Source: Camelus ferus (Eukaryota). Taken from it: DNA of 64,000 nt. The notes under the pieces were generated by a model. The model was not told where the DNA came from. It searched no databases and saw only the letters and a program-made list of their open reading frames with translations. The stretch lies in contig NC_045697.1 of assembly GCF_009834535.1 (NCBI RefSeq), positions 14,696,001 to 14,760,000 on the forward strand, read 5' to 3'. Shown here in pieces: positions 1-12,950 of the stretch. Each line of letters begins with the position of its first letter. Position 1 is the first letter of the stretch. The translations under genes and the position numbers were made by a program.

Positions 1-469
1 AAGAGAAGTATTAAAAATGTTATGTGAAATTCTATGGAGACCTCTATATCCTACATGTATACTATCATAAATATATATATAATATTTCAAATATATATAT
101 ATCTATACATTTCAGAAAATCCAGGTAAGGATATTAAGCCCAAATTACTGCATAAAGCAGACATTTGGCATTCCAAGAATAAAATTTTCCAATCAGATAA
201 TTCTTACTTCTCAAAATAACTCCAGGTTGGTATGTTTCTTTAACTACCCCCGGAGTCCTCCTGCAAGTGGTCAACACTGTCAGAAGGAATTCACTCCTGA
301 GGGTTTTAATCTGAAGAGCCACTGCTATCAACACTCCCTTCTGTCCACAACTGATGATGAAAACACAGAAACACAGCTTAGTCAGAAGGATACAGGCAAG
401 CGGAAGTGAAGAGTAATATTCAGGGACATATGAAGGTTTGTTTATTTAGGGTGACCATACTGAGGACTT

Positions 470-620
470 TTTCACAGTGCCAGGCACAATGTTTAGTACT
501 TGACCAACATTTAAAAAATTAATCTTCACATCTATGAGATAGGTGGTATAACGTGTCCACTTCACAAGAGAGGAAGTGGAGTCAAAGAATGGTTAAGTAA
601 CTTGCCCAAGGTCGCCCAGA
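470..620 (-). mobile_element. MIR SINE fragment
   Basis: Reverse MIR core: ggttaagtaacttgcccaaggtc, preceded by gtgccaggcac...aatcttcaca. Confidence 0.8.
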
Positions 621-665
621 GAGAGAGGGACTGAAATGCAATGGGTCAGATCATTCTCATTCCAA

Positions 666-716
666 ATAAACTTTTATTATGTAACATCTCCCTATAAACT
701 TTTATTACGTAACGTC
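666..716 (+). repeat. 28-bp-period tandem duplication, each copy holding an RTTAYGTAAY (D-box) motif
   Basis: ataaacttttattatgtaacatc (666-688) vs ataaacttttattacgtaacgtc (694-716), 21/23 identical. Confidence 0.9.
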
Positions 717-1329
717 ATTTTACTAGAGGATGTGTTTTGAGGATTTACTTGAAGACTGCAGATGTCTATGTAATAGTCTCCAGTGTAAGCTTCATCAGCC
801 CTCTGTTCAAGCAGTATCACAATACGCTTTTAAACTGAGGCACTAATGAAGTGTAAAGTGAAATCAAGTCTCTTAATTACTGCAGTACAGAGGTTGACAT
901 GCTTTGAAAACATTCAAGTTAAAAGGACAGTAAGTGAAGGATAGTAAAAGAGAAAGATAACAAAGAAGGAACTGAAAACTTGATTAAATGTCAGGGAAGA
1001 ATTCAGAAATGGTACCTACAGGACTCCTAAGTGCTCACAAATTTTATTAATGATACAGTTGCCCAGTACTATGAACTGTGAGCAGCTGCTGCCTACTTAT
1101 TATACTCTTTTTAAAAAGAGCAAAATGCTTTTTAATTGCGTTAAGAAATTAGGCAAATTAATCTTCTCAAATCATAAATATCTACTCTGTCATTCAGTCG
1201 ATGTCACCTTCCCACTAATCTTGCCTTTTCTGAGGTCAGTAGTCCCCGCTTCATCCTAGGTCTTTCCTGTGTTGTTAAGATCTGCTTCCTCATTACCCTT
1301 CACAGCTGTAAAATAACCACCTTTATAAA

Positions 1330-1480
1330 ATGCTTACTGTGTGGGTGAAGTATCTTGTGCATGGTCCTCGCATCTATACCCTCCACTATAATTCTGTAAG
1401 GTAGGTAAAAATTTAAGCCTCATTTCAGAGACATGATTTAGAGAGGTTCAATTTGCATGAGTTCCAAGATCGAACAAGTG
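1330..1480 (-). mobile_element. Degenerate MIR fragment
   Basis: ctgtaaggtaggt...cctcatttcagaga...agagaggtt...ccaagatc resembles reverse MIR. Confidence 0.55.
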
Positions 1481-3589
1481 TCAGGTCAGGGCCTGCTGCT
1501 CAAATCTGTCCCATTTGAACCCCACTCTTCCCACTTGTTTATAGAGATTCTTTCATCATATCTGTTCATGCTCCTAGGACTTTAATCGATTCCTATGCAT
1601 TTACTCATAAATCCTGTAACGGGCTAGGGAGGTGCCCTGCTTGCTACTTCACTAAACAGAAAACAAAGGGGTAGAATCTAAAAAAAGCCTCTGGGCCCAC
1701 TCCTCACATTCGTGGACCATGACAAGAATGTCCATGGAAGCTCTTGGCAGATGGCCTGTTCTCTCTTCTCATTCCTAGCTCAGTTCTGCACAGTATGCAG
1801 CCTTGAGTGCATCTGTATGGACCCTCAGGGCTGTAGGTCCAAGCTCACTCCATACCCTCCACAAACAGCACTTGGCTGTTCCTCCAGGCTAGAATTACAC
1901 ATACTTTTGTGCAGTCCACCATTCAGAAGATAGACTCAGGAAAGTGGCTCATGTAGGCCCTGAAAACTGAATTGGGCCACTTGGATAAGAGATTCTGAGA
2001 CCCTGGGTGCTCAGAATGTGGACCAGAAGGCAGAGTGTGGGCTCCAGGTGGTTAGGTCTCCTTAGCCCTGTGTGAAGGGGCATGACTGAAAGAGATTCAT
2101 AAAAACCCCTTGAAATCACAGTACCACGCATCTCCAGAAGGTGTTTATTGACTGGATGATTGGCAGGAATGAGGAGCATTGCCATTAATGGGATTATTCC
2201 AGGAATCAAAGAAAAGAGCCATAATCATCACTTTTATTTTTCTCCTTAGAGTTGCTAATTATTCACCACCTACAAGACAACTTCAGCTTACTCTACTTGG
2301 ATTCCAGCTGAGAACAGCCAAGTTGTAATGCCTCATTAAGAATGTTGTGATTCCCTTCTGCCTGTGTAGACATACTTCCCCAGCTTGTGAGCCTGCGTGC
2401 TAGCCCTAGAGTTCCTGCCTCTGAGAGGCAGATTCTGCCCTGTTCACACCCCTGCTGGCTCTCACTCTGTGGGGAGCACACACTATTTCTGCAGGGAAGC
2501 ACGGTAAGTAATCATGCATCCTTCCAAGAACCTTATGTCGGATATTATATCCCACGAGTCAACCTCAAATATATTTCTTCTGAATTTCTTAAAGAATTTT
2601 TGTGTATTTCAATAACACAAGTGAGATGAAAATAACAGGAGATGAGGGATGGTGTACTGATTTAAGTGTTATAATTAGATCTCAGCTTTCTCTTTTTGGT
2701 GAGAAAAATTATCCAAAATAATTTTTGCAAGGGCAGGCTCTCCTTTTCCTGGTTTTCACCCCAAATGCCCCCTAGGTAGAGGGAAATATTTTTGTCATGA
2801 ATTAAGTGAGGGGGTAACTTGCTTTGTGCTCATCTTTGGGTTGGCTTCGTTTGCAGCACTCAGTTGTTCTAATTCTCAGAATTGTCCAGGTGGTATTGGT
2901 TGAGGGAAGTCGGCAGGAAATCTTGTTGACTTTGACCATCACCACCCACTTGAGATACATGTTTACTTTACATTCTTCCACTTTTTCCATTTTTTAAAGA
3001 TATCTCCATTTTTATGTACATTTTCTTAGTTTGGTCAATTGGAAGGAAAAAAGAACTGTATTGAATCTGAAGATCTAAGTTCTCTCTCATCTTTACTATT
3101 CCCCTGATGTAGGATTCCTTGGACCTCTTCATACTTTGTTTTTCTCTCTGAAACATGACAATATTATTTATTCTTCTTAAAACATAGATTTAAGGATCAA
3201 CAAGTTATATCTTTCTTTAGGTTAAAAGAGCTTTGTAAATTGTAAAGTGCTTGCAGAATGGGGCTGTGGAAATAACATGGGATTAAGAGTCAGGAGACCC
3301 AGCCTTAAGCCCAGGCTCTGCTAATGGCTGGTTTTGGATTCCCCATACATAAAATAACTAGGCAATCTTAACTTTCCTTAGAGGCCTAATAATCCATTAT
3401 ATGAAAATGTCAAGTATTAAAAAACAATCTAAATTCAACCCTGAGTCAGGAAATGAAAACTGATCTTTTTAGATTTCAAGATTTTAAATATAATAATATA
3501 TGCAAATAGAAGAAGAGATTGAAGACAGGAGATGCTTTACTTAAAATAAGCCACATTCTTAGAAAGGGCAACCTCATATGGGATCCCTA

Positions 3590-3735
3590 ATCATTTAATT
3601 CATCTGTTCAATAAATATTTACTGATCATCTGCTAGGGACATAGTACTATTTCATATGAAATTGGGAGACGCAAAGGTAGGTAAGTCAGTGATCCTTTAT
3701 CCTTCATCTCAAAGGATTTAACATTCAGTCATGAA
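3590..3735 (-). mobile_element. L2 LINE 3'-end fragment
   Basis: tcatttaattcatctgttcaataaatatttactga matches the reverse L2 tail. Confidence 0.65.
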
Positions 3736-3859
3736 GACAGGCTCAAGAATGACTAAAATTAGTCAGACTTTTTCACTGTTACCAAAGAGATCTAGTCTTA
3801 AAAATCTCACTGGAATGTAAGAGCAAAAGGAATATATTTACTCCAAGAAAGACTTAATT

Positions 3860-3985
3860 GTGGGTTGTTGGAAGTTTCAGTGAGAAGCTGGTGACCATCT
3901 ACCAAGGATGCAAGAGGGAACACTACTGTGTTGGGTAACTACTATATTGAACTATGTTGCACAATCTTCTGAGTCTAATTCCATG
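3860..3985 (+). mobile_element. L3/CR1 3'-end fragment
   Basis: ggaagtttcagtgagaagctggtgaccatctaccaaggatg...gaggga resembles the CR1/L3 3' consensus. Confidence 0.45.
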
Positions 3986-4209
3986 TGTATCGTGTATGTT
4001 TCAGTGGGTGTCCATGTGACTCTTTTCTGAGGGCACATTCTAAGTTTGGGCATGAATGGTCTGTGTTGCATATATGCAGAGCATTTTATCAGTGTCTTTA
4101 TATCTTTTTGTTCTTTCTACAAACATTAATACAGAAAGTCCTGAGGTAGACCCAAAGAACATGACAGAAGCTCCAGGGAGCTTCTGGTCTAGTTGGCGAA
4201 GTAAAAACG

Positions 4210-4600
4210 AGATAATAGTCCTTTGACTGGCGTCTGCCGAGTGCTGTACATGCATAGCCCATTTACTTCTCACAACTGCGTAAGGCAGGCCTGCGATTAG
4301 ATCCACTTCCCAGATGAGGAGCCTGAGGCTGAAAAGGCTAAGCAACATCTATTAGGAATGTAGTAAGTCAGTGGTATGACTAGGACTCAAAACTACATTT
4401 GACAAATACTCATATATCACTGACCATGTGTTTCCCAAATAGTAACGCCTTTGTTTAACCTTCCTAACTACTGTATGAGTCAACACCAGTATCATCCCCA
4501 CTTTAGAGAAAAGGAAAATAAGGGACAGAGACTCAATGACTTGCCTGAGGTCACGTGTTTAGTAAATGGTGCACAGCTGGTGTCTGAAGCCAGGGGGTCT
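4210..4600 (-). mobile_element. Two tandem MIR fragments (about 4210-4390 and 4450-4600)
   Basis: cccagatgaggagcctgaggct and atccccactttagagaaaaggaaa...gacttgcctgaggtcac are reverse MIR cores. Confidence 0.75.
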
Positions 4601-5399
4601 TGTTCCCCGCCCTTGCTGGTGAAGAGTCCATGCCCTGCTTCTCAAATCCAGCTGGATCTAATCTCAGAGCCCTGATAGTTACCGGTGCACTGAATGGCCT
4701 CTTCCTCTGTACGCTGTCTTCTGAAGAAACCCAACTACAACACAACTTCCGGGACACCGAGAGAGCTGCTAATTCAAATGCCTGTGTACAGGCTTTGCCT
4801 TGTGCTCAGCCAGTCTACCTCCTTACAGCACAGACACACCATTCTTTCCACCACTAGCCTGCACTTTGCCATTCTTCTCCTGTGTCTTTAATTAAATGTT
4901 AACATTCATTTGCCCTTTTCCATCGTGTTGAAGATAACCTTTGCTTCCTGTCGCATCCAGATAAGCTTCTCTCAGTGACAGGTACCGCACAAGTTCATCA
5001 TGATATAAAGTAAAGAATGGGGACTCTGATCCACTCCCCTAACGTATTTTAAAATGGTAGTTTGAATATTTATTTCGTACTTACTTCTTTTATGTAATGT
5101 CAGGATAATAAATTATTTCTGAATACTGCGGTAGTGAAAAGGTTCTGGTCCAAATTAATCATACTAAGTGGCTGTGACCCTTCTTCAGAGTCAAGCAAGC
5201 TGTGTTGAGAGGTGTTTTTTGTTTGTTTGTTTGTTTCTGCTTTAAATGGATGTGAGAACGTTATGCAGAGGGGTCTTGGTTGGCCATCAGAGGTGTACAG
5301 TTCACTGATTTGGGGGGATGGTATAAGGAGGTTTCTGAATGTTTACGTGAACACACTCCATTTATTGGGAATGGAATAGCTTCTTGCTAAAGCAAGAGG

Positions 5400-5495
5400 A
5401 CTACTGGGCTGAGAATAAGGCCTCGATTCAAGTCTCATTTTTGCCACTGACGTATAAGGCGACCTTGAGCAAGTCTCTTCGTAGAAGCTCAGTTG
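5400..5495 (+). mobile_element. MIR 5' fragment
   Basis: ttcaagtctcatttttgccactgac...gaccttgagcaagtc. Confidence 0.65.
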
Positions 5496-5561
5496 CTGTA
5501 TGGCTTTAGTGGTGGCAGTGCATCAGCATTGCCACATTATTCTGACATAACTGAAGGATGA

Positions 5562-5776
5562 TGTTGTGCAAGCATTTAACATATATTAGCTGATTTATTC
5601 CTCAGACAAACCTATCAAGTGTTATGTTTTTATTCACACTTTACAGAAGAGAAAACTGATCCTCAGAGAGCTAAGGAATATGCTCAGGCTCACAACACAG
5701 CTAGTAAGCGACGTGGAGCCAGGAAATCACATTCACGGCTGTCCAGCTGGGAAAGCCGTGCTCTTAACATCACAAC
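5562..5776 (-). mobile_element. Near full-length MIR
   Basis: tttacagaagagaaaactga...cacagctagtaagcgacgtggagccagga...gtgctcttaac. Confidence 0.85.
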
Positions 5777-6249
5777 ACCCCGTCCGGTGCTGTTCAGCTC
5801 TGCATTTTAGTAACTGTACTCACTGTTCCTTTTGACCTAGTGCATTTTGTTGTTGCCTCTTCTTCCCATTTATCTCCTAAAAATGTCAAATGTTCACAGT
5901 TTTTGGCAGCCCACTGCAACCTGATTGACCGTTTCTCTGACAACACTTGCTTTCTCAGGCTCTGGAAATTAGACATATTCCTGGTTAGCCAGATTGTCTA
6001 GCTGTGTCCTTAAAGGTCTCTTGAATTCAGAGAAAGTAGGGAATTCTATGTGTTTCCAAACAGAGGGACTAAAAGAAATGTCATGATGCTATTTTTATAT
6101 GTTACAATGTATTAGAATAGATATATTTAAAAATAAAAGAGAGAAAAAGAGAAAACAAGAGGTAAAGATAAGCCAGGGGAAAGAGATATGGCAGAAGGAA
6201 GATTACTCTTACAAATGCTTCTTAGAAGTAATTACATACCTAGAGGAGC

Positions 6250-6390
6250 TACAAGAACAAAATATTCCAAAATGTTAACAATATTTATTCATGAATGGTG
6301 GGAATGCAGAATTTCTCACTCTTTTTCTCTTTTTAAACTTCGTTGGCTTTTTAAAAATAAATATGCATTATTTGTGTACTAAAAATTAAT
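6250..6390 (+). mobile_element. Old L1M (L1ME-like) 3'-end fragment
   Basis: ccaaaatgttaaca...ggtgggaat...tatgcattatttgtgtactaaaaa is typical of the L1ME 3' terminus. Confidence 0.5.
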
Positions 6391-7309
6391 ACATAAACGT
6401 ATACACACCTGTAGAAGGCAAATCACAAATCATCAAGCAATCTTGGGCTAGCTAACATCTCAGACAGTAATTTACTTTGTGGCAAATTTCTAGACTAGAC
6501 TAACTTCCTAGGCAATGGTGGCATCAAAAAATATATGTCCCTTTGTTAGTATCTCTGATGTCATGCATTATTTTTAGCCTCATTCCATATTAAATCATCA
6601 GAGTGATTTTCTACTAAAGTAATGTAACTCCTAAATAACTGTATGACAGCAAGTCTTTGGGGAAGAGCCTATTTCAATCAGTTAATTATCCCATTTGAAA
6701 AACTGTATTTACTTTCTATCAATTGAAATGGATCAATTGAAAAGCACGCACTTTCTGAAATGCATCCTCCTTTATTTATTCTTACTTTGTCCTCCGTTCA
6801 GGATGCCTAGACCTCTTCTCCAAGTTCCTGGTCTATTGCACAGTATCTCAACTGCCCTTCCTTCTTCTCATGATCATTAACCACAGACGCAATGCCACCA
6901 GACTACTCTGTCTAAGAGTAACTCAATGCAGTTTTGAGTACATACAGTAATTTCCCCATTACTTATATGGCCTTTCCAAGGTGGTACAAAATAATCTCTT
7001 CATAATCTGGTTCTCTTATTTTCACGTCAAACCACATTTCCCTGGACTCTTACCTTCCCAGCCTTTCTGCCCCGTGTTCATGCTTTGCTCAGTTTCTGCT
7101 CTTGTACATTGATCCTTATTTTTTTTTCTTCTGGTCTATGACAATCTTTTTCTTCTCTTCTGCTTATCTTCTTTCTAGTGGGCTCTCTTCCCAAAGCCTT
7201 CTCCAATTACCATGCTCATTAAACTCACTCTTTTAAATTATCCTTTAGTAATGCAAATCCTCAGCACCGATTTTGCATTTAATAAGACTTTAAAATTGTT
7301 CTCTAGGAG

Positions 7310-7410
7310 ATATATATATCTATATATATACACACACATTATATATTACATCTCTCTATATATCGCTATATATATTGTGTGTGTGTGTATGTGTGTATAT
7401 ATATATATAT
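7310..7410. repeat. Compound (TA)n/(CA)n/(TG)n microsatellite
   Basis: Directly visible dinucleotide runs. Confidence 0.9.
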
Positions 7411-7411
7411 G

Positions 7412-7545
7412 GAACTCTGGCTCCCCAACAGGACTGTAAGCTTTTGAAAAGAAAGAAATCTGTGTATTTCCTTTATATCCCTATCAGTCTCTTGTACAGT
7501 GCTGAGAATATAGTAGATGCTTGACAAAATTTCCTGAAATTGTAT
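7412..7545 (+). mobile_element. L2 3'-end fragment
   Basis: ctccccaacaggactgtaagc...tacagtgctgagaatatagtagatgcttgacaaa. Confidence 0.7.
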
Positions 7546-9102
7546 TTAGGTTCATGATAACCAACTGAATTGAATCCTCCACCAGATAAATGTAATTCCA
7601 TCATCTGTAAATCAAATTTTAAGTACCGGATTTTTCTAATTAAATGAACTTTAATAATTAATTTTTCATCTATTTTATGTTTTTATCTCCAAACAGAGCA
7701 TTGTTCATGCTCAACTGCTTAACTGGTTGAAATAAGCTCTTCCTCTGACAACTTCCTGTCAAGAGGTTATTTAAAACTCTGAGGTGTATTGCTTTAGGAG
7801 ACTGACACACTGGTGATTTAACATGGAGCGATGTCTAAATAATGGATGACAGGGGAGCTATTAATAAAGGAACCTATACTGTGGTGTCCTCGAAGACTCG
7901 TGAATAATGGGAAAGTTATCTTAAGTAGACTAACTGCCTGGTAAAGATTGTGGGCTCATGAAGAACTGTTGTCTCTTTTACTGCTCTAAATATTTCTGAG
8001 AAGGTTTTGTACTTAGCTGTTGTTCTTATTAAACTGCCAGATCCAATATGGAAGGAGGGGTTGTGCTTTGGTAATTTAGTATTCTGATCCTCCCGTCGTG
8101 AGATTTTCTATCATCAAAACAGCCTAGAGAATTAATATGCAGATTAAAAATAACCTCTGAGTGCCACTGAAAGCTAGAAGTCTATTATTTGCAGAGATTC
8201 AGGCATAGAAAAAAAAAGACACTCTATATAAAATAATTACCACTTACATTCTGATTGCCACTGTCCTTTAAAAGTAAAATTATTTTTAAAAGGCATTTGC
8301 AGAAAAATGGCTAGAGGTAGGCTTTATCTAATAACTTAGGTTATAAAAACAGAGAAATCAGTTTTATCATTATCGCCCAATATTGCACTTAATGTGCAAA
8401 ACTTTGTATTATTAAAAAAGTTTCTCTTAGTGTTTCTTCCAAGGACCTGCCAAAAGGGCTGCAATTTTCAATTCTTCCACCTTAAGCCCATGAAAAGAAA
8501 TACAATTTTCTCAAACCCCTTCTTTAATGGAGAATTAAACTGAACTTCAAGCATTATTCAAAAACCTAAGAAGATCTCAATGAAAGTTAGGGATAGGAAT
8601 CACAGAAGTAATATGCACAAAAATTTAAGCTTTACCAATGGAAAATTAATAAAAATGAAGGAAAATTAAGCCCACTAATAGATTTTTAAGAACCTTAAAA
8701 AATTCACTTGATGTTATGCTTGAAAAGTGAAGATCTGTATGTAGTATTAAGCAATAGTGGAGTTTTAGCTCTAGATTAAGAATCAGAGAAACTGGATTTG
8801 AATTCCAGCTACACAATGGAAGTCCAGAAGAATCAGCAAGATCAAACCACCATGGTTCTAGATAACAAGAGAATTAGAGGGAGGCATGAGCACAAACCAT
8901 GTCTTCAATGTGCTCACCTCACCACAAAAAATGTCCTAACATCATTCTCTGCCATTCTTCCCTCCACCCACCTCCCAGGAGTCAGCCCTAGCTCCACTCT
9001 TCCAGGAAATCTTTGACTTAATCCAGGTTACATCTTCCTTCTCCTCAGGGATGGTCTAATGTCCCTGTACAGAGTACCTTACAACCCAGACATTGCATTT
9101 AC

Positions 9103-9285
9103 AAAGACCTGGATTTGAATCCTGACCCTGCAACTTATGATTGGGTGAAACTGATTTATCGTCTTCTTGTGCCTCAGTTTTTCCATCTGTAAAATGGGAC
9201 TACTGATGTATCCTCACCTTACAGCCAGGAGGAGAAAATATGTAAAACACTTAGCACTATGCTGGCTGGTAGAAGGGTTTACCTG
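9103..9285 (+). mobile_element. MIR
   Basis: gacctggatttgaatcctg...gtgcctcagtttttccatctgtaaaatggg...tgtaaaacacttagcac. Confidence 0.85.
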
Positions 9286-10479
9286 ATAGAATCTTATTAC
9301 TTACTCTATACCTTAATGTCTCCTCAGATCTGGAATAACACATTAAAGACCATGCATCACAGCTCAGATGTCAGCTCCTGCAAAAAGTCCCACCTGTATG
9401 CATCCTTGCCTCTCCTTGTCTTACTCTGTCCCTGGTCCATGCTTCTTTTGTTGTGCTGTGTATATGAAGATTTTTGACAAATTTTTGTTAAATGAGGAAT
9501 ATAGATAATTTCCACAAGTTTGAATATAGTCCATCTTCCCATTTATATATTAAAAAAGAGATAGGATATTTTATCCACATATCTTAAAGATAAGACATAA
9601 ATCCTTCCATTTTACTCAAATTTCTCTCTTATTAATTTAAAACTTGAACATCATGTAAACATTTTGATATATGTAGGTATATATATGAAATCTACCTTAA
9701 AACTGAAAAACCTACCCCAGCCCCTATTTTCCACAGTTAACACAAGTCACATTTTTTCATGCTGTTTTCTCATTTATTATCAGCCCTTTTCACACATGGA
9801 GATTGAACGCTAGGAGCAGACAAGCACTAGGTGATTCACTTGCTTAGTCTTTCCAGTGCTCCAGGGCTAATTTTTTTGCAAATACCCTGGATGGACTTTC
9901 TGAAAAGATTCGTAGTACTTGTCTTGTAACCTTGCATTATGAGCCCCAAAAGCACCAGCATCCAAATATCAGTGATAAAAGTACGCACTGATATCCACGC
10001 AGTGCGCGCCGGTGGCCCTTCTCTACAGAACTTTCTGTAACAGTGCTTAGTCCTACAGGTACATATTGACAGCCAACTAATCTAATTACTCATGTTCACA
10101 AATTAGCTGGAGTGATAACAGAATATATTATCTCCACTCTGACATGATTTTTGAGGTCTTCAGGGAGACCTATGTGATCATTTCAAGGATGAGATTGAAA
10201 CAACGGAACATCTTGGAGTAGTTTAAAAGGATCTGATTTATAAAGCATGGCTTAGCTTATAAAGCATCTTCATTCCCTTGGTGCATTTTTTTTCAATTAA
10301 TGTACATACTTCAATTAGCAAGTGGTGCAGCTTTGTTGTAATGAAAGATGTAAGCCTTTTTATGGCGAAGCTCAATAGCCAATGCTATAATCTACATTTC
10401 TTTGAGATTTAACTAAAAGAGACACTCATTGACGCAACCAAATGAGTGTTCTTTTCTCAGTAACACTTTCTTCTCCTTT

Positions 10480-10850
10480 ATCCTTTGAAACTAAGCGCAC
10501 GCATCACGTCCTCAGAAAGCCTGCCGGGCTCCTTACATCTGGGGGAGGCTCGTTCTCTATGCCCACCTGGAACCCCACCCATGCCAGAATCACCATTACA
10601 CTTCATCGTGGTCTTCCATATCCTCAGTGTCTTGGGGACCAAGGCCTGCTGCCCGGCATATTCTGCAAGTGAAATGCTGTGTCAGAGACTAGGGATGGAA
10701 GATGAAGAAGGGCACCTCCCTTTGAGGGGATTCAGTTAAGTAGGAAACGTGGAAATGTAAACTAACAATTACAACTGAAGGGTTAGACTATGACCAGGGT
10801 ATCCAAAGTGCGATGAATGCAGACTAGTGAGAAATCACTTCACAGTGGTG
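10480..10850. mobile_element. Two abutting L2 fragments: + (about 10480-10620), then - (about 10640-10850)
   Basis: catcacgtcctcagaaagcct...cattacacttc on + and tgctgtgtcagagactagggatggaagatga...gtaaactaacaattacaa on -. Confidence 0.45.
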
Positions 10851-11196
10851 AAGATTTCACAAAGATCAATTCTCCAGACTAGCCATTTGTAAGAGATGTT
10901 GTAAGAGATAACCCCAGGGATAATTCTGATATGCAGTTATTAAATCACAATAAAAAAGATAACAGTAGAGCAATCAGAAAATGCAGCTAATACCTTTGTA
11001 TTGCAGTATGTCCTTGCTGTTTATGTGGCCATTGGCTATCACTGAATGTAACAATAATTTAGTTTGATTCAGTATTTTCTAAGCACCAAATATTTGTAAG
11101 ACCATGTATTAACCTCTATGAAGAACAGGAGGCTGAGTAAATCTGCTGTGCTGAGAAGAACGTAAGAGGAGAATTTATTCTGAACTAGACCCTGCC

Positions 11197-11410
11197 TATA
11201 TGCCAGGCACTGTACTGGGTGGTCTCCCTATACCAGATTATTTAATTTTCATGAACAGCCCAGAAGGAAGGTATTATTGTTCTCATTTTAGAGATTAGAG
11301 AACTGAGGACCAGTGAGGTTGAGTAACTTTTTCAGTGTCATACAGCTGAGAAGTGGCAGAGCCAGAATTCAAAACCAGCTCCTTTTACCCCAAGCCTTGC
11401 TTCTTTCTAT
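11197..11410 (-). mobile_element. MIR (MIRb/c-like)
   Basis: tatgccaggcactgtact...ctcattttagagattagagaactgagg...agtggcagagccagaattcaaa. Confidence 0.9.
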
Positions 11411-11704
11411 CTTGGTACATGGCCTCCAAAATGAAATACTACACAATTTAGGGAGCTAGAGCAAATATGCAAATATCCCTATTGTGTGAAGAATATCCTA
11501 GATCAAGTATAAACAAAGAATGGTATTCAATGGAGGAAAATTAATTAAGTCTTCATGGAGAAGGTTGCAAGAAATTTGCAAATATTTCTGATGCTAAAGT
11601 GAGAATGAGACTAACAGAATATTCAGTGTCTATCCTTCTAGTAAGCCTCATACAGAAATACAGATGATAATAGCTACTCTGCATACCTATTATGAATTTT
11701 AATG

Positions 11705-11905
11705 ATAATACTAACAACCAACACTCACTGAGAGTGACTACTAAACACCAGGCAGGGTGAGAAGCTACACTATCATATCCACTTTTCACCATGACCCAGG
11801 AAGTAGATGTTACTATATCTCATTCAATATCCCAGAAAACTGAGGTGTAGAATTTCAGTAACTTGCCCAAGTTTCACAGTTAAATAGGATGTAGAGCTGA
11901 CTTTC
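11705..11905 (-). mobile_element. MIR
   Basis: agaaaactgaggt...agtaacttgcccaagtttcacag. Confidence 0.75.
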
Positions 11906-12299
11906 AAAAACCCACATTTCTACTACTGTGTTCCATGACCTGCCATTCATAACTGCAAAATAACTTTAGCCCAGTGTCAGATCCACAATAAATGCTTGAT
12001 AATAATTATAAAGTCTGCTATCACTTATCAGTCATATTACTTCCAAAGGCACAAAAGTGAGACTAACAAAATGGACTTCAGAGAAGTGTTGGTGGCGAGC
12101 CTCCGCAAGGGCTTAGTGTAGGGAGTGGCTGGAGGTATGCACGCAAAGGCAAGTTGGGAGCACAAAATGCAGGTATGTCAAGGTCAGCAGGAGTCCGACC
12201 TTGATTTAAGAAGTTATCATCAAACAATAAGCTTTTGTAGCAGAACAATAATCTAGTTAGAACCCAACTTTTTAAATGCACATTTAAAATTCACATTTG

Positions 12300-12665
12300 A
12301 AGTGAAAGATCAATGAGCTAGACTCGGAAAGTGATCAGACATGAGCTGCGAGGGGGAAAGAAACAATAAAAAATAAGTTTTGAGAAACTGAGCTTAAGTG
12401 GGTGAGAGGGATTTGGTGATAACCTAAATAAAACTGAGTAAAAAGGAATAAAAAACAGGGTGAGACTGGGAATGGGACAAAGGCATTGAAGGGGTAAGAA
12501 GAGGAAAATACCAACCAGGTTTTGGGAAACTTTGACTTATAGGAGCCAACGTGACATACACCTGACAGTGTCCAGCAGGCTGTTAGAACTTCGTGTGACT
12601 GAGTATAACCCATAAGAGAAAAACACAGGATTAATAAATAGTGCAGATTTTGGAATTATCTAGAA
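12300..12665 (-). mobile_element. L2 internal fragment
   Basis: gtgtccagcaggctgttag...agattttggaattatc resembles reverse L2 ORF2 region. Confidence 0.5.
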
Positions 12666-12819
12666 CTGTGTACTATTAGATTGGTTAATGTTTACTCACT
12701 GTATCTAAAGTAGCTTCTGGTTACTAACTCCTTGCATAGATGATAGATTGATAGGTTGATTGATGGTAGAATTTTCAGTACCTGAAATTATGTATGCTGT
12801 GTACAATTACCTTTATTTT

Positions 12820-12950
12820 TATTACCTGTATTCTTCACTCCATGATTATAGGGACTACATTCAACTGGTTGACTACTATATTCCTAGGTTTTGGAGTAAT
12901 GCTTGGCATACAGAAGGCACTCAGCTTCTCATAAATGAATCAGTGAATGA
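12820..12950 (+). mobile_element. L2 3'-end fragment
   Basis: aatgcttggcatacagaaggcactca...aatgaatcagtgaatga. Confidence 0.7.

Noticed and set aside
116..124. Possible 9-nt microexon (ttcag|AAAATCCAG|gtaagg)
   Set aside because: The upstream sequence is a TA repeat with no real polypyrimidine tract or UGC enhancer motif, and no host gene was identified.
447..460. tagggtgaccata, a hAT-Blackjack TIR-like motif
   Set aside because: A single 13-nt end with no partner TIR or internal sequence.
5077..5199. - strand exon candidate ending at a GTAAGT donor
   Set aside because: The longest frame from the outer acceptor stops before the donor, all frames from the inner acceptor stop, and there is no other support.
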